From Psilocybe cubensis (lineage: Eukaryota): 64,000 nt of DNA. The stretch lies in assembly GCA_017499595.2 (NCBI GenBank), contig CM039002.1, positions 2,914,001 through 2,978,000 on the forward strand, read 5' to 3'. Numbering within the stretch: the stretch's first letter is position 1; the number at the start of each line of letters is the position of its first letter. Under the pieces are notes generated by a model, which saw only the letters and a list, made by a program, of their open reading frames with translations, did no database searches and was not told where the DNA came from. Shown piece by piece: positions 1 to 11,441 of this stretch. Position numbers and translations under genes: made by a program.

Positions 1-3000
1 TACCAATGGATTGCGATACGTCGAGAAGCATGAAAGACCGAATTGTCGGATTCCTTAATCCATGCAACACGCCGTCTGGAAGCTGTCCATTGTATTTCAT
101 GGTGGTGATATGATCTAATATATTGAGTTCACGGAATTCCTGGCGCAGGTGCCCACTAATACCCTTTGTAATCTTAGACGCATCGAATCTACCGAGTAAG
201 ATGGTACCACTGGCGTTCGAACTTCTAGATACACAGGTGTAATAAGACGAATGATCCTTACAATGATCTAAATGTATCAAGTTATAATCTCGCGTCTTAC
301 CTTGAGACGAATAATCGGTCATGGCAAAATTGGGCAGCACTAATACCTGCTGGCGGTTTACATTGATTTTTGTGCCAGACTTGAGAGTACATGTTACTCG
401 AGACGACGTTCGCGTAAGTGGAACAACATTAACAGGCAAGTCAGCTAATGATACAGGGTTCGGCGGTCTGATTAATTCCACGAACAGCGTATCAAGTACA
501 GGTCTACCAAACGCACCAACAGAAGATTCCCATCCTACGACGACAGCCTCCTGTCCTTTAGTGATACACAACTCTGTGGCGTCGTTATGCCGTATCATAA
601 CTGGCAGACCTACGCACAGAGAAAGTTTTGCTGGCACTTGTTCGCTAGAACAGGCGCTGCGACCCCATAGGGCTTCCTGAAGACGCTGGGACATCTTTGT
701 CTGTTTGGTTGCTTTAGACGATCCTGATGGTCGTCCGCGAGGCCTGCGAGTTTCTCCTTCTTGTGTACCCAGACTATCGACAGAGAAAAAATGATGCAAT
801 GTACGTCCGCTCTCTTTAGCGTATCTTGCGATGCCCTGCTCATTGAACCTATCCTTTTGATTATTCCACGCAGTGATAACAGATACGTTGCGAAAAGCAG
901 GGTCAGTCAATATAGGTTTACCTTCAATAGTCGTCAGTTTAGAAGCTAACCTTGACTTGAGGAACGATATATCAGCGTCTGTACAGGCGGCATACCGCAT
1001 GTTTTCAAGTGCAGTGCGCAACTTTGCGTCTTCCTCAGTCTGCGTTTTTTGTCTCATGTTTTGTTTTAGAATAACGACAGTCGTGAATTGGTGCCAGAAT
1101 ATCTTGCCTAGAGTAGCTTCTTGCTCGGACACCTTCATGCGAGCGTCTTGCGTATGTTTAATGGAAGGACTATAAAAGGGGAGATTACCTACCGGCGGTA
1201 GCTGAGCGAAGTCACCAGCTAAGATCATTGATATACCTCCGAACAGTGTATCGTCGTTAAACACTTGTGACAGACGTCTACTAATGGCATATAAATCCCT
1301 CGACGACAGCATAGATATTTCATCAATAAAGATATACTTGACACCCTTTAATCGAGCTCGTACGTCATTTATTACTGCGACTTCGTTTTTTGAAAAGTCT
1401 TGACCACGATCCGACTTGGACCGTATTCCTAATACACTGTGATAAGTAGATCCGTTGAGGAGTGCAGCAGCGGTACCTGTGGGTGCGAGAACCACAAATC
1501 GGTGAGATTCGCCTCTCGACTCAAACATATGAATGATAGATTTGATCACTTGACTTTTGCCAGTACCGCCCATGCCACCGAGATGCATCCTCAGCTGACC
1601 AGGCGACAGCAAACTAGCGTGATTGGCAACAATACGGAAAGCCCTTTCCTGTTCCGTATTCAAGGTGAAATCGGCGACTGTAGAATCTACTAACACATTA
1701 TGTTCCATTTGCTTTGCCTTGTACGACCTGAGCAGATAATCCGAAGAAACTACTTTGACGTCATTAGTAGACTCTTCGTTGGAAATATGAATGTTTGTTA
1801 TATCATCTGAGGGATCTGAAGGCACGTAACCGGACAACTTCTGTTTAAACAGTCTAATTTTTTCAGCTTTTATTAGAGATGCCCAGCTCGTATGCGTCTT
1901 GTATTCAGCAGGCCTGAACATGCTGACTTCTTGACATGTAACATCGCTAGAGGCGTTAGAAAACAATCCTGCAGATTGTATGATGCCATCTACTTCTCGC
2001 TTTAACAACACCTCTCTGCGGTATGCCTCACCAATCTCTTCATAATCTAAATGATCTTCACCGAATTCAAGGCCGACAAAGTCGTTGTATTGATCGTCGA
2101 GACCGCAACCATCAGGATAGAGTTCATCCGTGTAAACATCTTGTTGTTCTCCGTCTTTCCTTCTTAACTGTGCGTGAAAATCGTCTCTGTCGTCTAAACA
2201 TTCATATCGCAGATTAAAGTTATCCATTAGTTTCAACTGTCGGTCGGAAAAAGCGTAAATGGTGAATGCATGTTCCCAAGTCTGATGCAATGATTTCAAA
2301 TCTAACCCAGACCTCCAAGGTTTGAACAAGGTCAGCATACTGCAACAATAATACTCTCTGTCGCCTTTGTCGCGCCGTGGAAGGGGACCGCCTAGAAAAT
2401 TGGGGACAATATTGTGCGCTCGGGATGAGTCACATTTGACTACGTGAGTGGAATAAAGAGGGTGCTCCTCAGTGAAACGTTCAAAACTTCTTTTGTTTAT
2501 TTTAATATTTTTTCGCACACCGTCATATTTAACACGTTGATCAGAATCATCATCTGCAGGTATACCAAGACATGCATCAATGAAATCTTCCATCCCCCCG
2601 CCTTCACGTATGTCGGACGCATGATCATCTTCGAAGGTGAGTGTTTCACTACGCAAACGCTCCATTTCATTTTTAGTGAGCTTACGGCGCTCATAAGATC
2701 TAATCCAGTCGAATAGAGACATGTCTTCTTGAGTGACTGGGCGGTATTTATAATCATCTACATTACTAGAACCTACATAATGACCGTCATGTCGAGCTAA
2801 TATAACTTTCTGTTCTTCATCTTCAGCATTTTCTAGATCCTCTACGGTAGGTAGGTGGGCGGCTTGGTCATCAGTGATACCGGATTTATGACTGCTCCTT
2901 GCGTCACTTACAAAACTTCTCCACCAAAAAGGTACAAAGGTATGATCAGTGTAATGATCAGGGTTGCCCAATAAATACAAGGAGGCCATCGGAGAACCTA

Positions 3001-6000
3001 TCTCCATCTTAGAAGACAGAGAGTTGACAATTTTAAGCATCAACCTTCTGCCTGCGTCTTTACCTTCAATCTTGACATCGTCTTTAACTTTTTTTTCTTC
3101 ACGTTCAAACACGTCATACATAGAGGTAAATATCTGATACGTTTTCAATGCGGGTTTGCTAATATAGTCTGATATATAATATATTATTGCTTTTATCGAA
3201 GTACCCGACAACAGACATGTCACGTCGGTATTACTTCTTGTGAGGTACGACAGCGGAAGAGTAAAGGTATTTAACATCGCTTCCAACTTTTTCAAAAATA
3301 TGTGACCGTCGACGTGATCGACTTGAGACTGTTCGTACAGCCTTCGCGGAAATCGTGCTTTACAATTTCCATTCCAATCCAGGCAACCTTTCGGGCCCTT
3401 AGGCATATTTTTTATACCTTTTGATCCGTCAGGGTCATCAATTTGCTGACCGTATGAAACAGTGCATCTGTGCACATTGGACTTCAATATGATATCATCG
3501 ACTGTAGTTTCGTAATTGTCCCACCATTCAGCATTAGAAATGCATGATGTGCAGTGGTCCGGACCATTGGAATCTTGACAAGCATGTTCTACCGGTATAG
3601 GGAGTGTTAGAGTCGGATCTGCGTAACTGGAATTTACAGCCTCGTCATCCTCTTGTATAATTGAATGAAGTCCATCAATTTCTTTGTCGTAAATATGTGG
3701 CACGCGGTCTTTAACAGTCTGCATGTTTCCTGTAAGAAATTCGCCTTGATGACAGCCTTCCAAATATGATAGAAGGCTCGCCTGAAATGCAGAGTCGTTG
3801 TTCATAATACGGTCACGGATTTGCTGTGGAGACAAGCAATTCTCAATCCATAGTAACATATGCAAATGTAAGGTGAGTCTTCCCTGCTGTTCTACCGTAC
3901 CATAGTACGCTGAAGTTTTACCATACAAACCTCGATGAATATTGGATCCGACGCCTAGCACGTGTTTAATAAACAATTCAATTATGAGATGAAAAAAACG
4001 GGCAGCCGATACGGGATTCTGTGCAACCAGTCTATTCCTTTCAGAAGAAGGTAATATGTCTGGTGTAAAGGTCAGCTGTTCTTTGGCATAATATATTGAT
4101 ATAGGATGTCTGTTATCGGCAGGTGACAAGGTTATAAACCATATTGGGCAACCTTTGAAAGAAAGCAAAGACCATATCTCATTGCGCATATACTTTTTAG
4201 ACGTGATTGACCCTTTAACATATCCTCCAACGTGGTCAAGATCATCTAAAAGTTTGTAACAGTCTTTCTCACTGTCTGTTTCAGGTGATACATGGTCCCC
4301 ATTTACAAGACGAGAGGAAATGTCTTGAAGAACCGTTTTGTCTATAGAGAGCAATCTTTTAGATATCGCATCAAAATTACGGCGTTTTGCAACAAGAAAG
4401 CTACCAGTAACGCCACCTTTCAGTTGCTCGTGATTGAATGCAATAATAGGAAAATAAAGGTCGCGCTGGAAACGCTTATCATGGTGCATAAGCAGTATTC
4501 GCTTATGTTCTGACTCTGAAAGTTTACGCTTATGACAATGCTGACCTATTCCACCATAACCGTAAGGAAATAGCCAAGGGAACATCTGCGGATAGGCCTG
4601 AGGATTATCGTACATAGACTGCGGTTTTGGATCATGCCCAATAGCTAGCATTTTGCCTTCATTTTCTATGTGTTGCAAGGCTTTTGCCTTCAAAGCTTGT
4701 ATGGACATATTGCCATAGTCTGTTCCACTCAAGCCATGGACAGTAAACGGACAAGGTCCGTCTACAGTTCCTTCATCTTCGCCTTCGTCGTGTAGACTCA
4801 TTGTAGACTCCATACGATTAGTACCGTTGCGCTGTCTGTAGTCTACAGCTACGGGGACACCTATCAGCGGGTAAGACTGGAGATTTTTCTTGGATATTTC
4901 AAGATCAATATAATCCTTATGGTTAAGTTTCAACCATTCCAGAGCATCTGCGACCTTATTGCGACGCACTAGCATTGGACTACGCTTGAACTCTTCTTCC
5001 GTGGGTTGGGTTGGTCCTGTAAATATAAAGGCAAGTACCTCGTCAAGTTCTGGCTTTGAAGGAGGTAATTCATGATACACTTTCAGCGTTGGATTAGAGT
5101 ACATGATGACATTTGCTGTCATTTTAGCCCGCCCAGAGGAAACTCTGACCAGACAGCGATTATGCCGAATGCGAGCAATCATCATGCGCTCTGCAAACGA
5201 AAGATCTTGCAGCTGAGAAGGTATTTTACCTAACCACAAATGATTTGCAAGCGAATGTCTCGGCACATGACCTTTTTTCAACGCAGCAGAGCAAGTATCG
5301 CATACATGGTTACATGCAGGATCGATCACAGGGCCCGGGATGTCCTTCACCGGGTCGTCAGGATGTAATCTCTCTACACGGGTAGCTCCCTCAACTGCGA
5401 GTATGTCAAGGGGATGATCAAACATAGACAAGTGAGTTAAATTATGCAAAGGCTGCAGCAGACCGCAGACCATGCAGCCTGCTTCCTCCAGTAGAGATGC
5501 AGATGAATCAGCGCAAAATCCATTGATGATTTCCTCTATCAGAAGCTTTGACGGTGGTTGTGGCGGAAACACATGGTCGTTTGAAGTGTGGTCAGAGTCT
5601 GATGTGGATACAAAAGCATCACCGTTGAGCATGTCAACATCGGAATTAGCAGATTCTGCGCCTGCCTGCCTCTGACGTTCTCGAGATGCTCGTTTATGTA
5701 GAACATTTTGGTTACGATTATGCATGATTGACTCTTCTGAATTGACTGTACTAGGTATTGCCTCAAAGATATATAAATGAGTGGAACATATACCACATTC
5801 ATGACCATCTGTTAATTTTATCAGAGCAGATTTTTTGGTCTTGGAATTAAATGATGTAATACCGTGTTCTTTCAGTACATCCCGAAGCTCGCTTGAAGTG
5901 AGCCATTTGGTTGCACTTTGTATAGAAAATCGACAAAGAACTAGACGGCGTTTGTGGGGTGCGGACGCTTCGGCAGAGAGAAATGACTCTAAATCACGTA

Positions 6001-7240
6001 TGTACGGCATATACCTAACGAACTTGTATGTATCACTATAATTAAACGATGCTGTGCCACTATAGGGTACAATATGACTTTCTATTAAAGCAGATGAAAC
6101 GAAGCGAGAAAAATTTACAGCACTGTCTGTAAGTTCAAACTGCCGATCTGGATTACAAGAAGATGAATTGCTCTTAATTTTTCTATCTGACACTGATACC
6201 ACACGTTCAAAAATACAGACATTACGAAGGCAAGTTCCGCACACATGATCACGCAAAAGTTCAATGGCATTGCCTCTATTTGTGGTTGAATTGATGCCGT
6301 ACACTCCATGTAAACTTGCAATAGACCTAATTTCAGAAACAGACAGCCAACTAGCAGTGTCAAAGAGAGAGAACCTAGCAACTATTAAATCAGATATATT
6401 GTCAATGGAAGTTGAAATGTGAGCGTCTGTAGCAAGGTACTTCACAAATCTGTATTTAGTTTTAGCTTGAACGGAGGCACATCCCGTATCTTGTACCACA
6501 CGGTATCGCAAAATCTCTGAGCTGACAACCTTTGAAACACCGCCACCTCCGCCTTGCAAGACATCGGAAGGATGATAGTATGAGCATTCAGAAACATTAG
6601 CAGTAAATGAGATGTAGTGGAAATAGTTGAGACCGAATAACCAGGAACACTGAAACGGATACATTAGAACGCCCTTCGATACTATATTAATGAAGGGATA
6701 TTTCTCTGACCAAAGACGAGGTTGCGTGTAATGTCTGTCGAGCGTGAATTGATGCAAGGCGCATCTTGGCAAAATGGCTACCAGGCACCTATTATATTCC
6801 CACTTCCTGAGATGATTACGTTGGAGCAACAGAGATACTAAAATAGAAACTCTACGTGTATACGTTGCAGGCGTGAATCTTAACCACAAATAAGCCGACA
6901 TTGAATGACAATCAATATATATGAAGCGGCGAAATTGCGAGTGCAACAAACGCACATTTCCATACGAGTGGGACTGTTTGACGGGTATCTCAGAAGCGGA
7001 CGTAGTAGTACGATACAAGCAATGCATAACATGAACTAATACTACAGTAAGACGCACTCTACAAACTTTGTGCCCACTTGATACGCTGCTAGATCTAGTA
7101 CATGTACGACTACGCAATAGATTATTGCCAGGAAATCGAACATCGTAGGTTGGAAATTCCCCACAGGGTAAGCAAAAGTCTATTGACCAATTATTTGTTT
7201 TAAACAACTGTTGATTGACAGCTATACAACTACTAAGCAT
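1..7240 (-). CDS. Helitron RepHel transposase (DUF6570-like region + HUH Rep + PIF1-family helicase), intronless, 3'-truncated by the window edge
   Basis: One frame appears open from 7351 to base 1: read by hand at both ends and at the motifs, and the ORF track lists no stop-terminated ORF in this frame. Motifs in frame: SLANHLWLGKIPSQLQDLSFAERMMIAR (~5170-5255), Rep FITLSPAD (~4115-4138), YYGTVEQQGRLTLHLH (~3860-3907), YYISDYISK (~3155-3181), Walker A GGMGGTGKS (~1553-1579), LAPTGTAA, FIDEISM (~1310-1330), GDFAQLPPV (~1190-1216), FAMTDYSSQGKT (~297-330). First in-frame ATG is at 7240; the true start could be downstream. Confidence 0.95.
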   Translation of the reverse strand, partial: MLSSCIAVNQQLFKTNNWSIDFCLPCGEFPTYDVRFPGNNLLRSRTCTRSSSVSSGHKVCRVRLTVVLVHVMHCLYRTTTSASEIPVKQSHSYGNVRLLHSQFRRFIYIDCHSMSAYLWLRFTPATYTRRVSILVSLLLQRNHLRKWEYNRCLVAILPRCALHQFTLDRHYTQPRLWSEKYPFINIVSKGVLMYPFQCSWLFGLNYFHYISFTANVSECSYYHPSDVLQGGGGGVSKVVSSEILRYRVVQDTGCASVQAKTKYRFVKYLATDAHISTSIDNISDLIVARFSLFDTASWLSVSEIRSIASLHGVYGINSTTNRGNAIELLRDHVCGTCLRNVCIFERVVSVSDRKIKSNSSSCNPDRQFELTDSAVNFSRFVSSALIESHIVPYSGTASFNYSDTYKFVRYMPYIRDLESFLSAEASAPHKRRLVLCRFSIQSATKWLTSSELRDVLKEHGITSFNSKTKKSALIKLTDGHECGICSTHLYIFEAIPSTVNSEESIMHNRNQNVLHKRASRERQRQAGAESANSDVDMLNGDAFVSTSDSDHTSNDHVFPPQPPSKLLIEEIINGFCADSSASLLEEAGCMVCGLLQPLHNLTHLSMFDHPLDILAVEGATRVERLHPDDPVKDIPGPVIDPACNHVCDTCSAALKKGHVPRHSLANHLWLGKIPSQLQDLSFAERMMIARIRHNRCLVRVSSGRAKMTANVIMYSNPTLKVYHELPPSKPELDEVLAFIFTGPTQPTEEEFKRSPMLVRRNKVADALEWLKLNHKDYIDLEISKKNLQSYPLIGVPVAVDYRQRNGTNRMESTMSLHDEGEDEGTVDGPCPFTVHGLSGTDYGNMSIQALKAKALQHIENEGKMLAIGHDPKPQSMYDNPQAYPQMFPWLFPYGYGGIGQHCHKRKLSESEHKRILLMHHDKRFQRDLYFPIIAFNHEQLKGGVTGSFLVAKRRNFDAISKRLLSIDKTVLQDISSRLVNGDHVSPETDSEKDCYKLLDDLDHVGGYVKGSITSKKYMRNEIWSLLSFKGCPIWFITLSPADNRHPISIYYAKEQLTFTPDILPSSERNRLVAQNPVSAARFFHLIIELFIKHVLGVGSNIHRGLYGKTSAYYGTVEQQGRLTLHLHMLLWIENCLSPQQIRDRIMNNDSAFQASLLSYLEGCHQGEFLTGNMQTVKDRVPHIYDKEIDGLHSIIQEDDEAVNSSYADPTLTLPIPVEHACQDSNGPDHCTSCISNAEWWDNYETTVDDIILKSNVHRCTVSYGQQIDDPDGSKGIKNMPKGPKGCLDWNGNCKARFPRRLYEQSQVDHVDGHIFLKKLEAMLNTFTLPLSYLTRSNTDVTCLLSGTSIKAIIYYISDYISKPALKTYQIFTSMYDVFEREEKKVKDDVKIEGKDAGRRLMLKIVNSLSSKMEIGSPMASLYLLGNPDHYTDHTFVPFWWRSFVSDARSSHKSGITDDQAAHLPTVEDLENAEDEEQKVILARHDGHYVGSSNVDDYKYRPVTQEDMSLFDWIRSYERRKLTKNEMERLRSETLTFEDDHASDIREGGGMEDFIDACLGIPADDDSDQRVKYDGVRKNIKINKRSFERFTEEHPLYSTHVVKCDSSRAHNIVPNFLGGPLPRRDKGDREYYCCSMLTLFKPWRSGLDLKSLHQTWEHAFTIYAFSDRQLKLMDNFNLRYECLDDRDDFHAQLRRKDGEQQDVYTDELYPDGCGLDDQYNDFVGLEFGEDHLDYEEIGEAYRREVLLKREVDGIIQSAGLFSNASSDVTCQEVSMFRPAEYKTHTSWASLIKAEKIRLFKQKLSGYVPSDPSDDITNIHISNEESTNDVKVVSSDYLLRSYKAKQMEHNVLVDSTVADFTLNTEQERAFRIVANHASLLSPGQLRMHLGGMGGTGKSQVIKSIIHMFESRGESHRFVVLAPTGTAAALLNGSTYHSVLGIRSKSDRGQDFSKNEVAVINDVRARLKGVKYIFIDEISMLSSRDLYAISRRLSQVFNDDTLFGGISMILAGDFAQLPPVGNLPFYSPSIKHTQDARMKVSEQEATLGKIFWHQFTTVVILKQNMRQKTQTEEDAKLRTALENMRYAACTDADISFLKSRLASKLTTIEGKPILTDPAFRNVSVITAWNNQKDRFNEQGIARYAKESGRTLHHFFSVDSLGTQEGETRRPRGRPSGSSKATKQTKMSQRLQEALWGRSACSSEQVPAKLSLCVGLPVMIRHNDATELCITKGQEAVVVGWESSVGAFGRPVLDTLFVELIRPPNPVSLADLPVNVVPLTRTSSRVTCTLKSGTKINVNRQQVLVLPNFAMTDYSSQGKTRDYNLIHLDHCKDHSSYYTCVSRSSNASGTILLGRFDASKITKGISGHLRQEFRELNILDHITTMKYNGQLPDGVLHGLRNPTIRSFMLLDVSQSIG

Positions 7241-7973
7241 CGATATTGTTCGAGAATCACCAGCATAATTGGATGCGTTCAAGGAGTGTACATTAATGCA
7301 ACATTGTATGTGGCCACATAGGATTCCTACAAAATAGCGACAAATGTCAGATCATACACAGTACACATAAGGAGAAGATAACTCACCCCAACCAGAAACT
7401 AAAATAAAAAGAGCGTAGAAATGAAGTGATGCGGCGAGCATATATAAAAGAGTAATGTAAGTTTCAAGGTAAATAGATATGTTCACTAGTCTGATGGATA
7501 TGAGTGTGAGATCGATCAAGGGGGGGGGGGAGGAATGTGTAGGAATAATTAAAGGAATCGCATCGAGGACCCTCGATTTATATAAGTAGACACTGACAAC
7601 AGGTAACACCGGGTAACTCTGTGTAGCGTACGATTATTGACAACGGGCGCTTAAATTTTGGCAGAGGGGACACGCAAAGGAAAAGCATATGTCCAACTGT
7701 AATGCCATGATAATATGTATGTATTATTATATCGGGAGAAATTTGTACGGAAGACAAGTAGAATATGATACGAAGCAGTTGATAAGACAGAATACTAACT
7801 GGATATTCAAAGATACAGGAAGCAGAGTACAAATGACACGAAGAAAGAACAAAAACATTGAAGTAATAGACTACGCGACGTATATGATACCAAAAAATAA
7901 CAACAGATAGCAAGGAGAATGTAAATAATACCATAACTATGTGTATTAAAAGACATTAGGTTTAATGAAATAT

Positions 7974-10900
7974 TCAGTCTTCATCAAAACCTGCAAAGGA
8001 CTCCTGTTCTGCCTCTATGTCGCTGGTATCGTGTTCCGTACCGAACACAACGGCATACTGTATGTTGGTACACAGATGAAATGACCGTTCCTTCTCGTAT
8101 TGAGTCATAGTGTACGCCACCATAACAAAGGAGTTAGGTGGAATCTCTCCGCGACGCCATCTAGGTAGCAATTCGTCTAACCGGTCGAGGTCAGTGTTGA
8201 AATTGAAGGCATGGTTACGTGAATCATATATGGGAACTAATATATGACATTGTCAGTGGTTTGAAGCACATACAATGTTGATAACTTACTAGTGTCGGTT
8301 GAATCCATCATGGTCTTGAACCTGGTGCTTGATTTAAGTGCTTTTCGGCTTCCTCCTTGGAGTTTGGCATCTTTCTGTCCAGAAAGTATGCCGGGTGTCC
8401 TAGGAGGTTTTGAAGGAGAGATTGATTCCCGCTCCGCTATTTGAGTGAGTGTCTGAGTGAGTACAAAAAGAAAAAAAAAAAAAAGTAAGCATATGTGCCC
8501 ACTGACATTTAACTCCCATAGTGCCAAAGGTGATTGCCTTATCACGGATAGAGGCTACCATAACCTGATGTCCGAACGCCATGCAAGCAAATCCAGCGAA
8601 GCGTTCCCACTCCTGGTGCATCATGTGACCAGACAAAAATTTGTTACACAGTCCTTTGGATATCGGCTCCAATAGATACGAATCGCGGGTGAGAATTGCA
8701 CTCAGGCAGATAGCAGGCACCGAGTTGCACTGCAAAGTGGCACGCTTACGATCGTTTCCCATATACAGGATGCTGACGTCCAGAGGCGAAACCCGCGAAG
8801 GATTGATAAAGTTCTTGTTCCTTACAAAAGTCACAGCGTCATAAGCGTTTCTATATAACATAGTAGAGAGAGTAAGCAATACGCATCATTAAGTAAAGTA
8901 TAGCAAAGGCTTTACGAAACTCACTCAAAATTCATCTCAGGGAAATTCTCACCGCAGAGAGAAAAAGAAACACAGTCGACTGGTGCCATGACATTAGGCG
9001 AGTTCCATTGCTTGAGAATACCATGCCTTGAAATAGTCAAAACAAAACATCGATTATCTTAGAAGGTAAAAACTTACTGAAGATTGGGAAGGTCAACGTA
9101 AGTGCTTTCTAAAAGACTATCTTGTAAATCTGTCTTCGTAACTTCGCATTTCTTCGGCAGATGTCTTAAGGTCAGACACAAATCAAGTCAGACAACAGAT
9201 TGAAGATGACATATGGGTACGTTAACTTACTTGACCGAGAAGCGCATGGTATCCTCCATCAGAGCCGGCCCGTTCAATCCAAGACTGGGAGTTTTGTTCA
9301 CAGGACCGGCAGGCACAACATCCTTGAACTTGCGGGGAACTCGAACTGGAGTGACAGGTGTAGGGGGAGCTTCAACAGCGGCATTGATTGGAACAGCTGT
9401 CAAAGAAGATTGAAACTGCACTTGTCGAGTTTTTGGCTGTTCAGAAAGACTGGCCATAACCACATCAGAATGCGCGTCGATAGATTTGGCACTGTTGAAT
9501 AAAGGTAGATAAAGACGATCACATATATTGGCATGACGGATATTTACCTTATTACAGACGCCTTAAATTGAACAGGGGGGTCCAAAGTCGAATGTTCGGT
9601 TTTAAGAGCATCTGCTTCACTGTACTTTTCATACGCATCATCGAGCGCTTTGAGCAACTTGCTAGAGGAAGGACCGCTGGGGAGAGCATTGGAAGATGGA
9701 TAAGTGGTCTGATGCATTCGACTCTCTCTGACCGCGTGCCTGATCAAACCCGATTAAGAAGTGATAAAAGAAAAACACCACAAATGAACATTACTGACGC
9801 AAACATCATAGCTTCATCTTCGTGAAGATCGATTGGACCGCTGGGAAGAACAATGCGAATGGATTTGCCTTTTCCTGGAATTCTGTAAATCAAGTTAAGT
9901 GATGCTCACGTAGACTTTTAGAGCATACACATACTTGGTGCCCAAAATGACTTCAGGTGACGGCAAGAAGGGGTTGATATCAGAATCAGCATCACCCTGC
10001 AAAGTAATGGGTGGAGACAAAACAGCAGATCCAGAAATTTCAGACCCAATCTTCAGCGGAGACACCGACAGACTAAGAGCAGGACGTCAGTCAATCGCAA
10101 TGTGGAATAAAAGAGAACGGTACTCGCTCGATCGCAGCTTCCGAACGCCGAGCGGATCTACGAATCCCAACAGAGCCCTTCTTTGAAACGGATGATTTTC
10201 CTTTGTCTTTCTTTGTGGGGGTGGACGCAACGTTATCCGGTGCAAGAGGGATATGAACATCGACAGACTCTTTCTTAACCATAACTTCAGAGGGCAATAC
10301 GGACGTGGGACGAGCAGATGCTTCTTGCTTTATGACAATGCCAGGCTCTTGTTTGATACGGACCGTTTGGGGCATTGTCTTCTGTGGCTTCTTGCCTTTC
10401 TGTTTATTCGGTTTTGCTCTGACAGGAGCACGAATTGTAATACGCGGATGTGAGAACGTATGACATAATAACATAAAAGATGTAAATGATAAACATACCC
10501 GCTGGTAGGATGAACAGAGACCATTTCATCCGCGGATGAATCATCGACTAATATGGCATCACTAATACCCTTCTGATATCGGGCGTTGGCTCTGTTCAGA
10601 GTATCCAACGGTATTAAGCAGAACGAAATAATGGCGAGATTTGATACAAGCAGTAAAACTTACGAATTATCGACGACTCGAATGACTTCGACCGAAGAAT
10701 CACTCGAGTAAGATACGTGATTGACAGTCGCATCAACGTTCGCGCTGACGGATGTACGACTCTTCTTCGGAGGGGAAATTCGGGCTCTGAGGTAAATATA
10801 TAACAAAACCAAAATATCAGCATAACATAAGGGTTATCAGATTGCAATTTCACTAACGGCAACTCCTCATCGGAACAAACGAGCGCAGCATCTTCGATAT

Positions 10901-11441
10901 CGCGTTTCCTATAACGACAATAAAGTAGTCAAAACAAAAGAAAAAAAGTGCGGAATGTGCAGCTAAAATCATACAAGCCACTTGTTGACCTGGTCTTCCT
11001 AACAAAATTGTCCAACGCATCTGATCCGCTGCAATACAGAGATAAGAAAACGGAAGGAACGCATGTAAACGACGTGCGTGATTGAAGACACAGGGTAAGA
11101 TAGTATGGGATACACGTACGCAACAGTCTTGTTCCCCGGTTTGACGACCTTTGCGGCAGCAATGCGAGAGGCGACGCTGTCTAACGGTCCGTCATCAGAG
11201 TCAGTGGCAACAGAAAAAGAATCTTCTTTGTTGTCGGGTTTGACGTGGATTATGACGTTGCGAATGCCTTTTGCAGGACGATGTCTGTTACAACGCACAA
11301 CGTTTAAAATCATAAACTGTACATAGAATAACATGGAACGGCTTACTTGTATTCAGCAGAGGGCGAGCGATCACCAGCAACCACATCGGCATATGTAGGC
11401 TTGGGAGAAGCAGGAGCATAAGCAGAGTTGATGGAAACCAT
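7974..11441 (-). CDS. Helitron accessory gene B, multi-intron; long low-complexity N-terminus, C-terminal beta-rich domain with acidic tail
   Basis: GT-AG-bounded exons encoding FINPSRVSPLDV, HQEWERFAGFACMAFG and VPIYDSRNHAFNFNTDLDRLDELLPRWRRGEIPPNSFVMVAYTMTQY...NIQYAVVFGT...FDED*. The start (MVSINSAYAPASPKPTYADVV, 11441) and 5' exons are provisional. Confidence 0.65.

Noticed and set aside
321-6381. Short ORFs listed in the track across the RepHel region
   Set aside because: They are antisense or off-frame shadows of the long minus-strand ORF.
7520-7530. G11 run, and poly-A runs near 8472 and 12415
   Set aside because: Simple homopolymers with no further structure.
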